From: Lenisia limosa
Lineage: Eukaryota; Protista; Breviatea
Length of the DNA: 55,975 bases
Reading direction: 5' to 3'
Assembly (NCBI GenBank): GCA_001655205.1
Contig: LPNZ01008761.1
Location: forward strand, 1 to 55,975
In this document: piece by piece, positions 41,200 through 55,529 of the stretch
Layout: the number at the start of each line of letters is the position of its first letter
How positions within the stretch are numbered: position 1 is the first letter of the stretch
Notes under the pieces: model-generated
The model's input: the letters and a program-made list of their open reading frames with translations, nothing else
Database searches by the model: none
Told to the model about the DNA's origin: nothing
Position numbers and translations under genes: made by a program

Positions 41200-43135
41200 C
41201 TAGCACAACCCTCCACGGAAGCCAGGAAGATCGTTCAACATTAAGTTAGGGAGCTCAGGGGTTGCAAGGCGATGGGCAGCAACAACCGTATTAGCAAGAA
41301 GCATGGCGACAGTAACCGGACCTACGCCGCCCGGAACAGGAGAGTAGGCAGAAAGGGCGGGGTAGACTGAATGGGACACGTCACCAACAATGCGGCGGCC
41401 ACGGCGTTGTTTTCGCGTGTTCGGTTTCGAGGAAATGGGCGAATCGTCACAGGGTCCACCAGTTCTTTTCTCCTCAACACAGTTGATGCCTTCGTGTAAG
41501 AACACGAAACAAGATGGTCAAAAGAGCACAACGGAAGAAGATGATCCTACATACCGACATCAATGATGACAGCTCCAGGCTGAACATGAACGGGAGTAAT
41601 AATGTCTGTCACGCCAGTTGCAGTAACGAGAATATCGGCGTTGCGGGTGACTCGTGCTAAGCTTGATGGTTGCGCTAAGGGGTGAGGGTAAGAGAGGTTA
41701 GGTAGTGATTAATAATAACAAGAGAATCTGATGTTTTTTTCCAAAAAAAAAAAAAAAAAACTTGCAGTGACAATACAAAAGCCTTTNNNNNNNNNNNNNN
41801 NNNNNNNNNNNNNNNNNNNNNNNNNNNNNNNNNNNNNNNNNNNCATACTTCCAGTCTGAACCGCGGTGACGTTGCAATTGAGTGAAGGAACTCGTCCGCC
41901 AAGAAGAACAGTCAGAGGTCTGCCGACAAGAAGGCCACGGCCAACAACAACTGATGGGTGAGTACTCGTTGGCATATGACACAACAGGGGCGTGTATAAA
42001 CCAAAAGTAGAATTATGACACAAACCCCCTCAACATACCAACGTTACGATTGTTGATTGGAATGTTGTAATACTGGAGAAGCGCAATTACAGCCCGTGGA
42101 GTACAGGGTACGAGGCTTGGACTAAAAGGTTATCTTTAGACTTCAGGAAGAAATAACGATTGGGAGAAAGTTGCCATGCCTACTTTCCTGAAACGAGTTT
42201 GCCCAAAGACAGCTCAGTAACTCCATCAACATCTTTGTCGGGAGATATGCAATTGATGACTTTTGAGAGGTCCATTTTAGACGGTAATGGCTGCTGGACG
42301 ACAATTCCTGGATAGTAAGTATGGGGTAATGTTATCAGAAAAAGCGCGCATCCCTGAATCTCACCATGAACGGAGGGGTCATCACTGAGGCGCAGGACTT
42401 GCTCTTCAACCTGTTTTGAGGCCACGTTTTCAGGCATTCGGACAATGTCAGCCTGAGGGGTGATGACATAATGACACACAAATCACACAACAAAAACGCA
42501 AAGAGTGGGGCACTACACTTCCATACTCACCGCAATTCCAATTCTGCGGCTAGCAGTGATCTTCTCACGAACATATCTAAGTAGTCAGAATCTAGCCTTC
42601 ATCTTGCCACCAATTCAATCCAATCATACATGGAAGAGGCAGGGTCGCTGCCAACAAGGAGGATTTTCAAAGAGGGACGAACTCCACACTTCTCAGTCAT
42701 TAGGCTAATGTGTTTCTTGAGGCGGCTCAGCTGAAGGAGTATAAGTATAAGAACAGCCAAAAAATGCTTTGTACCAATCAGTCAAACAGCATGTCCAACC
42801 CTCTTACAACGTCATCACGAACAACTCGACCATCGAGAATGGCAGGCTTGATTTCTTCGGAAGCTGGGAGCTCCTGGTTGAAAACTGGTTTTGGAGAGGT
42901 GAAGGGGGAACTTGCAGTGAACTGTGAGAGGGGTAGCGCGTTCTCAGTGATATTCTGTTGTTGTAGAGAACTTAAACGAAGAGCTTGAGCAGGGCCACAG
43001 CACAGGGGGAGTAAAGGGCGACTGAGGTATGTCAATTCAATTCAATTCAACTGAAACTTACAGGGATGGCAAGAGGTGAAAACTCCTAAAGGATGTTGTT
43101 AGACAAGCTCCAATTGGTTGATATAGAGTATTCAT
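41200..43135 (-). CDS. folD: Bifunctional methylenetetrahydrofolate dehydrogenase/cyclohydrolase with N-terminal presequence-like extension
   Basis: [102 protein letters not shown]. Confidence 0.95.
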
Positions 43136-43561
43136 TACGCACTAGGGGACAGGGAGTTTGGACAGAAAACACCGAAGTGTTGATAATGGTATTGGGAGAG
43201 CCGCGGCAACGAGCAAAACTGATGCCTTTGATCATTGAAGTTCAGGAAATGCGCTGTTACCAAATGTCAAAGGTGTTTGTTTGAAAATAGATATCGTTTC
43301 GATTTGTTTTCGATCACTACGTTGAAGACAACAACTTGAACTAAGAGTTGAAGAAAGACAAATACAACAGGAGCACTACTGAATATTTAGGCTTTTAGAC
43401 CTAACCACAAAAAATTTATTTATATGTATGGCGTAATAACGCGCAACGCTATTTCTTTTGAGTCCCCCGAGTTTTAAATACGGTCCGTATGAACTGAACT
43501 AAGGTCACCTATTAATCTTTATATTGGAGAAAATTCTCGAAAAAAGCTCTCTCTGTGTGAA

Positions 43562-46500
43562 ATGGTTGTCACTAAGGATTCTGCTGAAGTTACTGAGGTG
43601 AGGCAAAGGAAAATGTCTAATATCTCTATTTTTTTAGAACTTCTGATTTTGTTCGTATCTAACCAGCTTAGCGTCTTGCTCTTAACCCTAGGGTTCGTCT
43701 CCATGCTCAGACTGTGCCCAATGCCGTCACCAAGAAGGCACAGAAGGTCTGGAAGCGTAACGAGCACCAGAAGGTAAGGGTTGTGCTGAGTTAAGGAATA
43801 AGTTGTTAATATTGTGATATTTATGGAGAGATTTTTGAGGAAGGAAGGTTTGGCTCCCACATGCTCTTCTGCTCTTCTTGCCACGTACTATCGTTTACAG
43901 GGACAAGTCTTTTAATATACGTTCTCTCCGGAACTTATCTATCAAAATCAAGACTCCGCCTTCACCGTCCAGGGAAATGAGCGTAAGAACGATTTCACCA
44001 ATGTGAAGCCCTCTACCCTTAGCGAGCAGGGTGCCATCCGTGAATCTCTCCGTTGCCTTAAGTGCGCTGATGCTCCTTGCACCAAGTCTTGCCCCACTCA
44101 GATTGACATCAAGGTTTGATATGGTATTTTTCTGATATGTCATCTGTGTGTTTTTTTTTCTTCCCAGAAAAGTAACGTCATGGCTGGTTACATCCGCCAC
44201 CCCCCCCCCCTTTTTTTTTGGTGACTAGAGGCTTTTTTTTAAAAAAAAAATGTTGTGAAAAAGGTACCTTCGGCAAGATAACATTTGTAGTCTTTCATCT
44301 CTGCTATTGCTAACAAGAACTACTATGGTGCTGCCAAGATGATTTTCTCCGACAACCCCCTCGGTCTCTCTTGCGGTTCCGTAGGCGGGAGTGACAACTA
44401 CCATCATCATCATTGTTTTGGCTCTGACGCAACAGGTCTGCCCTATTTCCGAGCTCTGCGCTGGTGGTTGCAACCTCAACGCCTCCGACGAGGGTGCCAT
44501 CAACATCAACGGACTCCAGGAGTTTGCCTGCCAGGTTCTCAAGCACATGCAGGTCAAGCAGATCCGCGACCCCGCCATGCCTAAGGAGCTCCCCGCCTCT
44601 TTCAACGCCAAGGTCTGCTTCGGGCAAACTTCCTTCTCGAAGGCTCTCGAACATTCTTCACCCTCCAGGTTGCTATTGTCGGCTGCGGTCCTGCCGGTAT
44701 TTCCGCTGCCTCTTTCCTCGGCCGTCTTGGTTACACTGACGTTACCGTCTTCGAGAAGAACTCCTTCGCTGGAGGACTTTCCGCCACTGAGATCCCCCAA
44801 TACCGTCTTGGCTACGACGGTGCGCATCGGTTTTTGGTTGTTTTGAAAGCCCTTTCCCCCATAATGACTAGCGGTGGATACTAAGTGTATATTAGCACAC
44901 TTACACTCAAGGTGTCGCCTGGGAGGTTGAGATGATGCAGCAGCTCGGTGTCAAGATCCAGTACAACAAAGCTCTCGGCAAGGACGTAAGCAGCTTATCT
45001 GTTTCTCTTTGTAATTTCCAAACAGTTGTTCGTTTTCTAATCGAAACAGTTCACCGTTGAGTCCCTGAAGAAGGATGGCTTCGCCTCCGTCTTTGTCGGC
45101 ACTGGAATGCCCTTCCCCAAGATGGACGCTGTCTTCGAGGGCCTCAAGGAAGAGAATGGCTTCTTCTCCTCCAAGACTTTCCTCCCCAAGGTGGGCAGAA
45201 CCTGTCGTACTGTTCTCTTCAGTCTTGCCTTTTGAAGAACCCCAGCTTACCCCCCCCCCCCNNNNNNNNNNNNNNNNNNNNNNNNNNNNNNNNNNNNNNN
45301 NNNNNNNNNNNNNNNNNNNNNNNNNNNNNNNNNNNNNNNNNNNNNNTTTGGATTTGGGTTTTGTTTATTTTATAAATTTTCCACTTTTACCCCCTCCCCC
45401 GCAGGTTTCTGCTGCCTCCAAGCCCATCTGCGAGTGCAAGGAGACTCTTCCCCAGCTCCACGGTCACGTCGTTGTCTTCGGCTCCGGTGACACTGTGAGG
45501 GGGCTGGAGAGTATCGTTTTATGGAGGCGGAGGGTGTTTAATGAATATTTGTGGGCTTTATTCATATTTTTGTATTTTATTTAACTCTTCATACTAATAT
45601 ATGTATATATTGATAAGTCATTTTCAGATTTCAAATACAATTTTCTTTTCCCAAAATTCCACCAAAGTTTCTTCGTTCAGAGTTGTTTTTTTTGTGTCGT
45701 AGATCCCCCCCCTCTCCCACTGCAACTCTTAAATTATCTGGCTCACCCTGCAGGCTTTCGATTGCATCGGCTCAGCCTTCCGTTGCGGCGCCGACAAGGT
45801 CACCTGCATGTTCCGTCGCGGTGTGCCCGAGATCCGCGCTGCTGAGGAGGAGGTCAACGTTGCCCGCATGGAGGCCTGCGACTTCGTCCCCTGGTGCTCT
45901 CCGAAGTCTGTCCTGACCTCCGATAACGGCCGCATCCGTGGCATCGAGGTGTTCAAGACCACGAAGGTTGGCTTTCGCTCTAGCTTCCTGTCGTGGGATT
46001 GTCGTCATATTCTTGTGTCAAATACTGCTTTCTTCCATCTCCATGTTTTTCTTCCACCGAAAATTTACCCCCCCCCCCCAGGGAGCCGACGGCAAGCTTG
46101 TTAAGNNNNNNNNNNNNNNNNNNNNNNNNNNNNNNNNNNNNNNNNNNNNNNNNNNNNNNNNNNNNNNNNNNNNNNNNNNNNNNNNNNNNNNNNNNNNNNN
46201 NNNNNCATGCGCATGAAGTGTGACTTTGTCATCACCGCTTTCGGTGCCCGCAAGGACGACGAGATGGTTCAGGCCATGTCTCCCCTCACCTTCAACGTGA
46301 GCACTATCTGGATGTTTGGTGTTCTTCTTGCTGGTTATCCAATTGAATCTTCTTTCTTGCTATCCAATTGAATCTGCTTCTTGCTATCCAATTGAATCTG
46401 CTTCTTGCTAGTTATCCAATTGAATTTTCTTCTTGCTAGTTATCCAATTGAATGCAATACTCCCCCCCCCCCCTGACCNNNNNNNNNNNNNNNNNNNNNN

Positions 46501-49500
46501 NNNNNNNNNNNNNNNNNNNNNNNNNNNNNNNNNNNNNNNNNNNNNNNNNNNNNNNNNNNNNNNNNNNNNNNNNNNNNNNNNNNNNNNNNNNNNNNNNNNN
46601 NNNNNNNNNNNNNTGGGGGGGGGGCAGATAAAGGTCTCAGAAGGTGGCATTCCTATTCCTTGAATTATTCAACATAATTGAAATCCAACTCTAAAATAGT
46701 GAGTCTCACGATGCAGGTGATCTTGTCGGCTCCGCCGCCACTGTCGAGGCTGTCAACGACGGAAAGGTTGCTGCCTGGTCTATGCATCGCTACCTCCAGG
46801 TGCGAAGGGGCTTAATACCGACTCCCGTTGCCTGTGAAATACCAGTGACATATAGTTGATTTTTTGTGCGTTTTGTTTAGTGGCAGAAAAGAGTGCCCGA
46901 CTTATTATTTTTTACTTCCCAGTTTTAATTTCTCAACATTTCACTCCCCAGAGCCTTGCCGGTACCACCGTTGCTGCCGAGCCCAAGCTCCCCCGCTTCT
47001 TCACTGAGGTCGACGAGGTTGACGTGTCCTTCGAATACGCTGGCATCAAGTTCCTCAACCCCTACACCCTTGCCTCTGCTCCCCCCTGCACTTCCGCCGC
47101 CATGATCCGTCGTGCCTTCGAGCAAGGATGGGCTGGTTGCATCACCAAGACCTACTCTCTCGGTATGGCCTGAATTGCTCTTTTTCTAATATCGAAACAT
47201 ATCAAAACGAGGATGATGTGAACAACCCCCTTCTTACGCATTCAGACAAGGATCTCGTCACCAACGTTTCCCCCCGTATCATCCGGTCCACCACTCACGG
47301 TCACCGTCTCGGCCCCAACCAGGGTGGCTTCATGAACATCGAGCTTATCTCGTGGGCACTGGTCTGACCACTGACAATGGGCTGTATCATCTTCGTGCTC
47401 TAAAGATTGTTTTGTTTTAATTATCCCTCCAAGTCTGACCGTTTAGTGAGAAGACCGCAGAGTACTGGATCACCGCCTGCCAGGAGCTTAAGGCTGACTT
47501 CCCCAACCACGTCGTCGTCGCCTCCATCATGTACGCTACGCAGGGCTTTTTACTATCTTCCTCCTTGCTCTTCCCGTGTAATTCATATATATTCTCCCGT
47601 TGACCCCTCCAGGTGCGCCTATAACCGTGAGGACTGGCTCCAGCTCGCTAGTGAGTCCCTCAAGTCCAACGCCGACGCTATGGAACTCAATCTTTCTTGC
47701 CCCCATGGAATGGGTAGGCTTTTCAACTCGCTCTTAATCTCCCTCTCATAACCACCACCACCATTAGTTCTTCAACTGTGTTGCCAACAATATAGACTAA
47801 TGTACTATTTTTTTATCAAGTCCAGTAACAATCAGTTCATTCTTGTAGTTTGACACCCCAAACTTTTTTAGCCTTATCGTTTCAGATGTTCTTTTTTTTT
47901 TTTTGATAAATTTTCCATCTCTAACCCCCAGGTGAGCGTGGTATGGGTCTCGCCTGCGGCCAAGACCCCGAGATGGTGTACAACATCTGCAAGTGGGTGC
48001 GTGAAGCCGTCGGTGCCGACTACCCCTTCTTTGCCAAGCTGACTCCCAACGTCACCAAGTACGCGAGGAATGTCTTTCAAAGCATTACCTACACACGCTT
48101 ATCATACATGGGCTCACATTCTCTTCTTAATGCTGAGGATTGGGTGGATTAACTTCAACAACGCAAATTGCTTATTAGCCTGGCCTGACCCTACAGCATT
48201 GCCTCCATCGCCGCCGCCGCCATGAAGGGTGGTGCCACCGGTGTCACTGCCATCAACACCGTCTCCGGCCTCATGGGCGTATGGGGGTCCTATATGTCTA
48301 CCCGTAATACAGAGCTCGTCAAGATGATCTCGCTCATACGATATTGCACCCTCTCACCCTCCAGCTTACCCCTGACGCCAAGGCCTGGCCTAAGGTTGGA
48401 AAGGAGTGCAAGACTACCTACGGTGGTGTTTCCGGCAACTCCGTCCGCCCCCTTGCCCTTAAGGTAGGCCTCATCTTCTCCTTATCCATGATCTTTGATC
48501 TTGAATGTGCTGATTCGGGTTGTTGAATGACAAAAGAGGCCTGCTGACCCTCCAGGCTATCTCTTCCATTGCCAAGGAGGTTCCCAACGTCAAGATCATG
48601 GCCACCGGCGGTGTCGACTCTGCTGACGCCACTGTTCAGTACATCCACTGCGGTTGGTTCAAATCCGATTTCCTCACACACAAAAGGCCCTTCTCACCTC
48701 TCCAGGTTCCCCCATCATGCAGATTTCTTCCTCCATCCACAACCAGGAGTTCACTGTCATCGACGACTATCTCTCCGGCCTCCGCTGCCACCTTTACATG
48801 CAAGCTCGCGAGGATCTCAGAGCCTGGAACGGCCCCGTGGGCGGGGCTTCAGTCCTCATCACCCTGGTTGCTTGCTATTATCTTTTCATGCCACTATGCT
48901 GACCCCCCAGTGCCCTCCTGCCCCCAAAACCCAGGGCGAGGCTCTTGGACTTGACTTCAAGGACCTTCCCGACATTGGCGAGCACCAGGCCAAGCGCCGC
49001 CGCATGATCCAGGAGGCTCTCATCAAGGCCGACGCCGTCGAGCTCTCCAAGGCTCCCCTTAACCCCCGTGCCAAGATGACCAAGGTACCTGGGCAAAAGC
49101 GATGTTTTGGCAAATTCGGCTTCTTTGGTTGGATTGCTGATTATCTTGTATTCAATACATATTTTTTAAAAATAAACAATTGCTGACAGTTTTAGGTCCC
49201 CACCGTCTCCGACATCCTTGGCAAGGGTCTTCCCCTCATCACCAAGTACAACCAGCTCAACAACAAGGAGCAGGTCGTGGCCGAGGTCGACCCTCTTCTC
49301 TGCATCAACTGCGGAAAGTGCTACCAGACCTGTGCTGATACCGGCTACCAGGCCATCTCTTTCGACAAGTACGCGGCCGGGAGGGGAGGGGTATTTTTCA
49401 CAACGAGATAGATTTCAAAAGCTGCCATCAATGTTGACTCTCCAGGGACACTCACATTCCTCTTGTCTCTGATGACTGCACCGGATGTGCTCTTTGCTTC

Positions 49501-49687
49501 TCCGTCTGCCCCCAGCCCGGAGCCCTTTTCATGACCGACCGGGTCACCCCCCATGCTCCCCGTCGCGGTATCGCCCCCGGTTTGTGAGGCTCTTGATCTT
49601 CTTTTGGATAATACTCTGTCTAATCAACTCTTTTGTTCGCTCTTACCACAATTTTTCTTTTTCTCACGTTCTTCAGGCAAGTATTAA
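43562..49687 (+). CDS. DPYD: Dihydropyrimidine dehydrogenase (NADP+), full-length animal-type Fe-S flavoprotein
   Basis: [124 protein letters not shown]; more than 20 introns; three gaps. Confidence 0.97.
46324..46453. repeat. Intronic tandem repeat (five copies of a ~23-27 bp unit) in DPYD
   Basis: TTCTTGCT(RGT)TATCCAATTGAAT repeated five times. Confidence 0.9.
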
Positions 49688-49874
49688 GTCCCTCTGCTTG
49701 TCTCTGTCTTCATCTGTTGATATACTGTGTTTTCTTCCGCATTCCTGGAATGGTGAGGCCTCCTATTTCAATCTGGTGTGATAACCTAGAAGAATATATT
49801 CATCATAAATAGCAAGAAACATAATAAATAGGGAAAGGAGCTCAACACAGCTCTCATCAAACTAACGGACCGGA

Positions 49875-52800
49875 TCAATTTAGAGCATCATCAGAACTGC
49901 TGAGTTAGAATCAATAGAAAAGGAGAAAGGGAATTCTCAGGTGTGATTGTAACAGCATTTGGTTATTGAAATTTGCAACACAAAATCCCAAAAAAAAAAG
50001 CCACATGTCATCATATCTAAAGTAAAGCACATTCCCACATTTCGGACTCGTCTTCTGAGTCCTCACTATCGCTGAACCATTCTTCTACCATGACGGAGGA
50101 GGCTCCGGCCTGGGGGAGAGGGGTCAAGGACTGCTGATACAGTATTGCCTTGTTTCAGAATTCCAGTTGAAATTTGAGAATTTCACGCCACAAGAAGAGA
50201 TCAAATCTTTGAATTATAAATCAGTTGCCTCCATCCAGGCACCCACCATGAGAACTTCACTATCCGGTGACTTCGCTCGAGGGGCCTCCTCATCACCTGA
50301 AGACAATAAAACTGCACAACTCCTTCACGATCAATTCTGGCTCTGTTTGCCAATCCCACTGGAGATGTCGATATCACTATCGCTGTCCAGCGCTCGACTT
50401 GGGCGCTGCATCGCCAAAAAGGTCTTTGTTTCGTCCTCGTCTGTTGAGACCTCTTCATCGTCCTACTCGTGAAACTAAGCAGAGGGCTTTCCGAAGGACT
50501 GTGGATATTGCCTCTTTTTACCCCACTCCATACAAACAACATTGCTTCATTATACTAAAAAAGAAGCAAATGAACCCCCCCCCCCCCNNNNNNNNNNNNN
50601 NNNNNNNNNNNNNNNNNNNNNNNNNNNNNNNNNNNNNNNNNNNNNNNNNNNNNNNNNNNNNNNNNNNNNNNNNNNNNNNNNNNNNNNNNCATCCCTGAGC
50701 TGCAGTCCAACTTCGCGACTTTCAATCTAACAGGTCAATCAATTCCTGGGTTGAGATAATGGTAGAGTAGAACACTAGAAGGCACAGACCTGGTTGCAAT
50801 GCTGTAGAAAGAGCTTTATCCTTGGCTCTTCTCGATAACATTTGTCTGATGTCTTCTGTCAGTTAGAGGGGTGCAATGGCGATTCAAGTTACTTTAAAGA
50901 GTAGGCAACAAAGATCAGTCAATTGACAATATAACCATTTCTGAGGAAGGGGCCTACTGGTTTGTTCTTGAACTTATTTTCAGCTTCCATCACATCAATG
51001 CCGAGGGGCACTTCTGTCTGCTTTCCAGTGGCAATAAACCTAGGTTGTCAGAGACTCTTTCAGGCCAGAAAAATACTTGGTAATTCAGAAAATATCAATA
51101 GAGAAAAACTTTTCACCTTTGCATTGCATAGTGCTTCTGAATGTCAATTGCGTCTTCCAGAAGGGATATCATATCTGTTTCGTCATCGTCAGAGGAATCG
51201 CTGATCTCCTGCAGAGTCATTTTCAAATAGTAAATAAAAACTCATAATTGGATCTCCTCTCAGGAATTTATTAACTCAAGAAAAGAAGCCCCCACATACC
51301 GAGGGTTTCTCCCGTTCTAGTCGATCAAAAACATACTTCCGCACCTCCTTATCTGAACATGTAAAAGGTACCCATTATCAGCTGTCTAGAACTACTGGGC
51401 AACTGATAGCGTCCCTCCTACCTCGAGGCAAAATATGCGGTAGGTTCTGATGCGTACACTTGGTGATGTCAACTAAGGCGGCTCTACATTGTTATGGAGT
51501 GATTTCAGTCTACGTGAATGCAGAATAAGATGAAATATCCAACACCCTTCAAACAAAGAACAAAATTCCCATTCTATTGTTTTCAACACCCCCAGCCCCA
51601 CGCAATGGCCTTCGGCGGACGCGGTCCGGAAAATGCCGTGGAGGCTGAGGCGGGCCGGGCGGTGCGGCTGGCGGCCAATTCTTTGGACAGTCTCAGACCA
51701 AGCTTCTCGGGCTTTTCTTCTTCGGATGACCTGGGGGGTAAGGAGCTACTTCGCCTCGGTTCGAAAAGAGACTGTTTAGTGACAAATGAACAGTCATTTT
51801 TACTGAAGAAGATCATAATACAAAAGTTGGTGACTAGTAAATGGATAAAGTGCCCTGATCCATTTGTGCAAGATTCAAAATTGAAATAAATGTTATTTGC
51901 AGTTTCACTCAACAGTATTAAGGAAGACACAAAAAAAAACGCTCCAGTTTTACACTAGTAAGACCTACTCAGATTCTGACTCCTGAGCCTGGGTGGGCTC
52001 CGGGCCAACATCCTCATCTTCGGTGTCATGTTCGATTTTAGGCTCCTGGACTAGAACTCGAAGCTTCTTGAATAGACTGGACGAGGGTTGTCTGAAGCAT
52101 GTCATACAGCCATTGAAATATAAGGAAGTAAATAAGAGAATGTAATAATAATAATAATCAAGAAATAGAATAATGGCATCACTTGATATGAAACCGAAAA
52201 TCGAGAGTTTGAATACCAATCAATTAATTATGCCGCCTTCAGTAGAGAAAGAAGCAACAAGCCCCATACCGTGAAAACGATGTGGGGAGCATTTCTTTGG
52301 GGTTGGTGAGGAGGAGATCCTCGGTTGACATTGTGTTCTGTCCAACTTGCCTCATTCGCTGGCCTCGGGCTGACTTCAATGCGAACACCTCGTTCACCTG
52401 GGGGTGTTAACTTTAACCCTCCAATAACCTGAGAGTGCAAAAGAATTAATTTAAGACATTTATAAATTTCAATATACATGTATATATACTTTTACACTTC
52501 TTGCACTTATCTTTACAATATTGTTCTCTATCCTGCTCTTCTCACTCAACATGCTTGCTCTTACATCCATTATACCGACCCAACCAACATGGTTTATAGC
52601 TTGTTGTGCGATAGAAACCTTTGCAGTGGAGCCGAAGCGATTGGCAGTGGATGCTCTTGAGGAGTACTCCATTTCTGCAAAGAGGTAAGGCAAAGATGAG
52701 CGAAGTAAATTGAGATGGTGAAGAGAAGCGTTCATAAAATGACCCCTCAAAGCAAGGGGGTTAGAGTATACGATCTGTTTACCCTGTAATATAGGGGGAT

Positions 52801-54450
52801 ATGGCCGACCCACTCCGCAGAAGCGCCAGGCTAGGGTCCAGGACGGACTTCTTCTTTGGCTTGGACGGGAGCGGGGGAGGCAGGGGGATGGCCTTGGGAA
52901 TGTCTGAAAAAAGTGGTTGTTTTGGTGTTTTCTTGCGAGGAGGGCGCCGTGGGGCTGCTTGTGATCGGAATAATCCCTCACTTGAACAGTCAGGTTTCAG
53001 GGGAATGATGCTCTCTTAAAAGAGGATACAAGAGTGATATTTGGGGTTTATTGAAAATATCTCTTTTTGGCCCGATGAAACCTCAATAAAAAACCACCTT
53101 CCTCACTCTTCATCGTCGCTGCTCGAAGAAGACCCTCCAGTTCCTAAGGGGTTACTCCATTATTAGGAAGCTGCTAGTGTTCATATTATTGTAACACCAT
53201 AAGCTTAAACATGTTTTTGGACATTTCGGGGATGCTGGGGAATTTTTAAGTGCTATTTATGACAAAAAATGATATTGGAGAATATATATCATATCATATA
53301 TTATATCATGATATAATATGATATATCATATGCATATATGATTACATGTACATTTCAAATAAATTCCACTCACTTCCGCTTTCCAATGGGAGATTCGGGT
53401 TAAAAACGGTGAACGTTTCATAGGGGTCATGAATCGCGGGCTCTTTAGTGGACCTAGAACATGAAGACCTAAAATGGGTTTCGCTTTTGGGGTAAAAGGC
53501 TGCCATCACGAGATCCTGTCAGATTTCCAGATTTTAACGGGCTATTCAAAGAGAAGAACAAAGCTAAATTTTGGAAACTATGTCACAATAAATCAATATT
53601 TTGCTGACCAACAGATGAGCAAAACAAGTTCAAAACAACAACACCACTAACAATGCCAACAACAACAAGGACAAACCGGTGTATTGAAGGGCGTTCGTGT
53701 TCAATAACTGTGTGCCTCTCCTTAGGTTGCACCTGTGAGGGTTAATTTTCTCTTAACAAGAATTAGTACTTCATCATGTTCTGCAAAAGGCAGTTATAAA
53801 ATGAGGTATACTTTGAGGCATAAATAATTTTAGATTGTATAATAAATAACTTCTTGAAGAAAAAAAAGCCATTATTAAAAAAAAAAAAAAAAAAAAAANN
53901 NNNNNNNNNNNNNNNNNNNNNNNNNNNNNNNNNNNNNNNNNNNNNNNNNNNNNNNNGCCACGCTTACTGGGGGTGATTCCATGTGCGCTGCAGCCTTAAG
54001 AATAAGTAACCAACTGACAGGAAATATATTGGAAAAAAGGACTATTCTGTAATAAACGTAATTGGCTTCGGTAAGATACAGCCTGCACTATATCAGATCC
54101 CAGAAGGTGCTTGCATTTATCTATTATCATTATCTGCTTGATGTCAAAAAATTGGGTTCTTAATCCGCAAAAAGATTAAATGGTTCGATGACCTCGATTG
54201 TAGCCATGCACAAGTACCAACCTGAGGAGTCCATCCTGATGAGGGCGAAGAGGTATCCCAAGAAGGCAGATCAATGAAATTTGAATCTATAAGAATGATA
54301 ATTACGGGAAGCTTGTAAAAACTTGAAATAGTTTTATCACTTCAAAAAAGAATTGTCCTCCCACTGTATCTTTGCTTATCATAATCTCCAATCGTATCCC
54401 CTCCTCCCCACCAACCTGAGGCTTGGGACCTCTCGGTTCCAACTGGATAA
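49875..54450 (-). CDS. Probable long multi-exon gene encoding an S/D/E/P-rich low-complexity protein (5' end undefined)
   Basis: Phase-compatible exons DIPKAIPLPPPLPSKPKKKSV, EISDSSDDDETDMISLLED, DDEEVSTDEDETKTFLAMQRPSRALDSDSDID, EEWFSDSEDSEDESE; no folded domain recognised. Confidence 0.5.
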
Positions 54451-55529
54451 TCAGAATAGACAAAAAATACTGTGAAGAAGGAATCGACAGCAGAAACAGT
54501 AAAAAAATAGGTATAAGCATGTAATGGAATGATCTTTGTTTCAGTAGGTTCAAAAAGAAAACATAACGAAATACTGAATTCTTTCAAAAACACTTTACAT
54601 TATGAAAATGTTCATGAACACATGTGGAGCAAGTATCTTCAAATAGTCTATCTCATCCCCATCATCTAATTATTTTACTAACGATAAACTATGAATCTGT
54701 ATACAATCCTATGTCAAAAGCTTCACCACATACTGTGTCGAGGGACCCGTTGGAACGCCATGTTAAAGGTCTGCAGAGGTCGAAGTCAGGTCCTGACCGT
54801 AGTTAAGAAAGGTTGTCATTTGCCATTAACAGGGAACAGAGAATATTTCTGAGTAGAAGAATGCAACGTTGAATGAGGAAGTTAAAAACGTTATTTGCTT
54901 CTTAAAATTGTACCATAAAGAAGAAAAGTATACCAACCTACATATCAATTCCCTTGGATATCCCTATGTGTATCATAACTCCTTCACTTCTCTCCTCACT
55001 TGCTACCTTTGCGTTACCTTGCTTGCACTTATACAGACATATAGAGTTATAGGAGGCTAGGAATTGGCGAATTGGCTAAGGTTTGGGCTAATAAGGGCAA
55101 GGGAAATGAAAAAAATGGGAAACCGGGACGGAATGTGGAGCATTTTCTCCCCTTCTGCACACACCTCTTGTGCTGTTGTGCTGTTTTTAAAGCATAATAA
55201 CAACCTAAATATACAAATAAAGAGTTTAATTACAAGTAGCAATGGAGCTTGTTGAGTTATCATTATAACAGTGAACAGAAGGCGATTCTCCAAACTGTGC
55301 TCCCCATAAATAACTACGCTATTATGTTAATATTCATGAACACGTACATAACGTCCAAATTGCCCCTTCTCTCCTTTTTGTTAAAATGGTAGATCTCGCA
55401 AGACGACCCCCTTTGTCCCTAAGCAGGTTTGTTACTTTATTTACAACCGTCTCTTTTGAAAATTTTCAGAAAATGTAGTGTATAATTCTCTTCATGCATT
55501 TCCGCTCAAAACCATCTGATTGAATAGGT

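Noticed and set aside
44225-49113. Long antisense or alternate-frame ORFs over DPYD (e.g. 44225-44827, 48569-49186)
   Set aside because: Explained by codon bias and read-through of short introns in DPYD
54720-54810. ZZ zinc-finger-like PDFDLC string on the minus strand
   Set aside because: The flanking cysteines required for a ZZ finger are absent
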